This document shows positions 63,345-64,000 of a DNA stretch of 64,000 nucleotides, piece by piece (positions within the stretch are counted from its first letter, which is position 1; every line of letters starts with the position of its first letter). The notes below the pieces were generated by a model that was not told where the DNA came from, made no database searches, and saw only the letters and a list, made by a program, of their open reading frames with translations. The position numbers were made by a program, and so were the translations under genes. The DNA comes from Gammaproteobacteria bacterium (GTDB lineage Bacteria > Pseudomonadota > Gammaproteobacteria > Eutrophobiales > Eutrophobiaceae), in assembly GCA_963422205.2 (NCBI GenBank), contig CAXMWX010000005.1, forward strand, positions 480,001-544,000, given 5' to 3'.

Positions 63345-63532
63345 CAGATGAGGGGGCAACGCGGCCGACACCACACATTGGCAGGCATCGTGTGGTATGA
63401 GCATCCCGCCAGTTTTTGCGTTTGAGACTTGCGTATTGGATCTGACCGCCCGCCTGACCAGGTCACATTATCCGGCGGTGGCGGCAAGGTAAGCCGCCGT
63501 CTTTACCAGAACATCTTTCAGAACACCTTATC

Positions 63533-64000
63533 GTGCAGACTGCCCAGGAACATCTTCAGGAACACATTGACGATATTTTTGCCCGCATCAAAGCACGAGG
63601 GCTTAGTCACATCACCACGGCCTATGTTGATCATACCGGCAAGCTACGCAGTAAATACCTGCATGTGCACTCCCTGCACAAGGCCCTGACAGAGGGTACT
63701 GCACTTAATTTGGGCATTTTCTCTGTTGCCGTGAATGAGCAGCAAATGCAGAACAGCGTGTTCCTTGCCGCAGAAAACGAATTTCGTGACGGCGTGCTGC
63801 AACTCGATGCCGCTTCCTGTCGCAACTTCCCCTTGGATGCCGATGGCAAGGGCCTGTTGCTGCTGGGCGAGCTGGTTGATGAGTACCGGGCGTATTGCTG
63901 CCGTGCCCTGCTGCAATCAGAACTCCAGCGCTATCAGGATATGGGCCTGTTGCCCACCGGGGCCTATGAGTTTGAATGGTATCTGTTACAGGAAACGCTG
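63533..64000 (+). CDS. Glutamine-synthetase-family protein, N-terminal part, runs off the window (absent from the ORF track)
   Basis: Manual translation: AYVDHTGKLRSKYL...FRDGVLQLD...CCRALLQSELQRYQDMGLLPTGAYEFEWYLL, GS-type DxxGxLRxK and ExEW motifs; open to the end. Confidence 0.75.
   Translation, partial: MQTAQEHLQEHIDDIFARIKARGLSHITTAYVDHTGKLRSKYLHVHSLHKALTEGTALNLGIFSVAVNEQQMQNSVFLAAENEFRDGVLQLDAASCRNFPLDADGKGLLLLGELVDEYRAYCCRALLQSELQRYQDMGLLPTGAYEFEWYLLQETL

Overview
Chromosomal window from a GC-rich proteobacterium. The separate NuoC/NuoD, DUF2818 after nuoN, AceK, Fnr and RhlE look gamma/beta-proteobacterial; a host-associated lifestyle is only an inference. Contents, left to right: the 3' part of a type III restriction (Res) gene, a rhodanese, a collapsed IS200/IS605 tnpB, a DM13 protein and queE. 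Next is a compact serine-cycle cluster (sga-mcl-mtkA-mtkB-hpr-ppc), then metZ under a SAM-II riboswitch, then icd-aceK-apbE-yajQ-sco-PCuAC-psd. The nuoA-N operon follows, with an AT-rich methyltransferase/nuclease cassette between nuoL and nuoM, an extra membrane ORF between nuoD and nuoE, and a frameshift in nuoD. After it come malate synthase G, a ZnuD-like TonB receptor behind a Zur box, fnr, and a cbb3 oxidase locus (ccoSI divergent from ccoNOQP-GH around an FNR box). The last 10 kb hold a Sel1 protein, a Tat-exported GMC dehydrogenase pair, RNase D, a ZIP transporter with an inserted cyclic-nucleotide-binding domain, a GIY-YIG/SprT fusion, rhlE and the start of a glutamine-synthetase-like gene. 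Two window-wide signatures stand out: several accessory genes keep both ends but have lost their middle, and 12/15-bp tandem micro-duplications recur. No rRNA, tRNA or CRISPR array was seen. All family assignments are by motif recognition, not database search.
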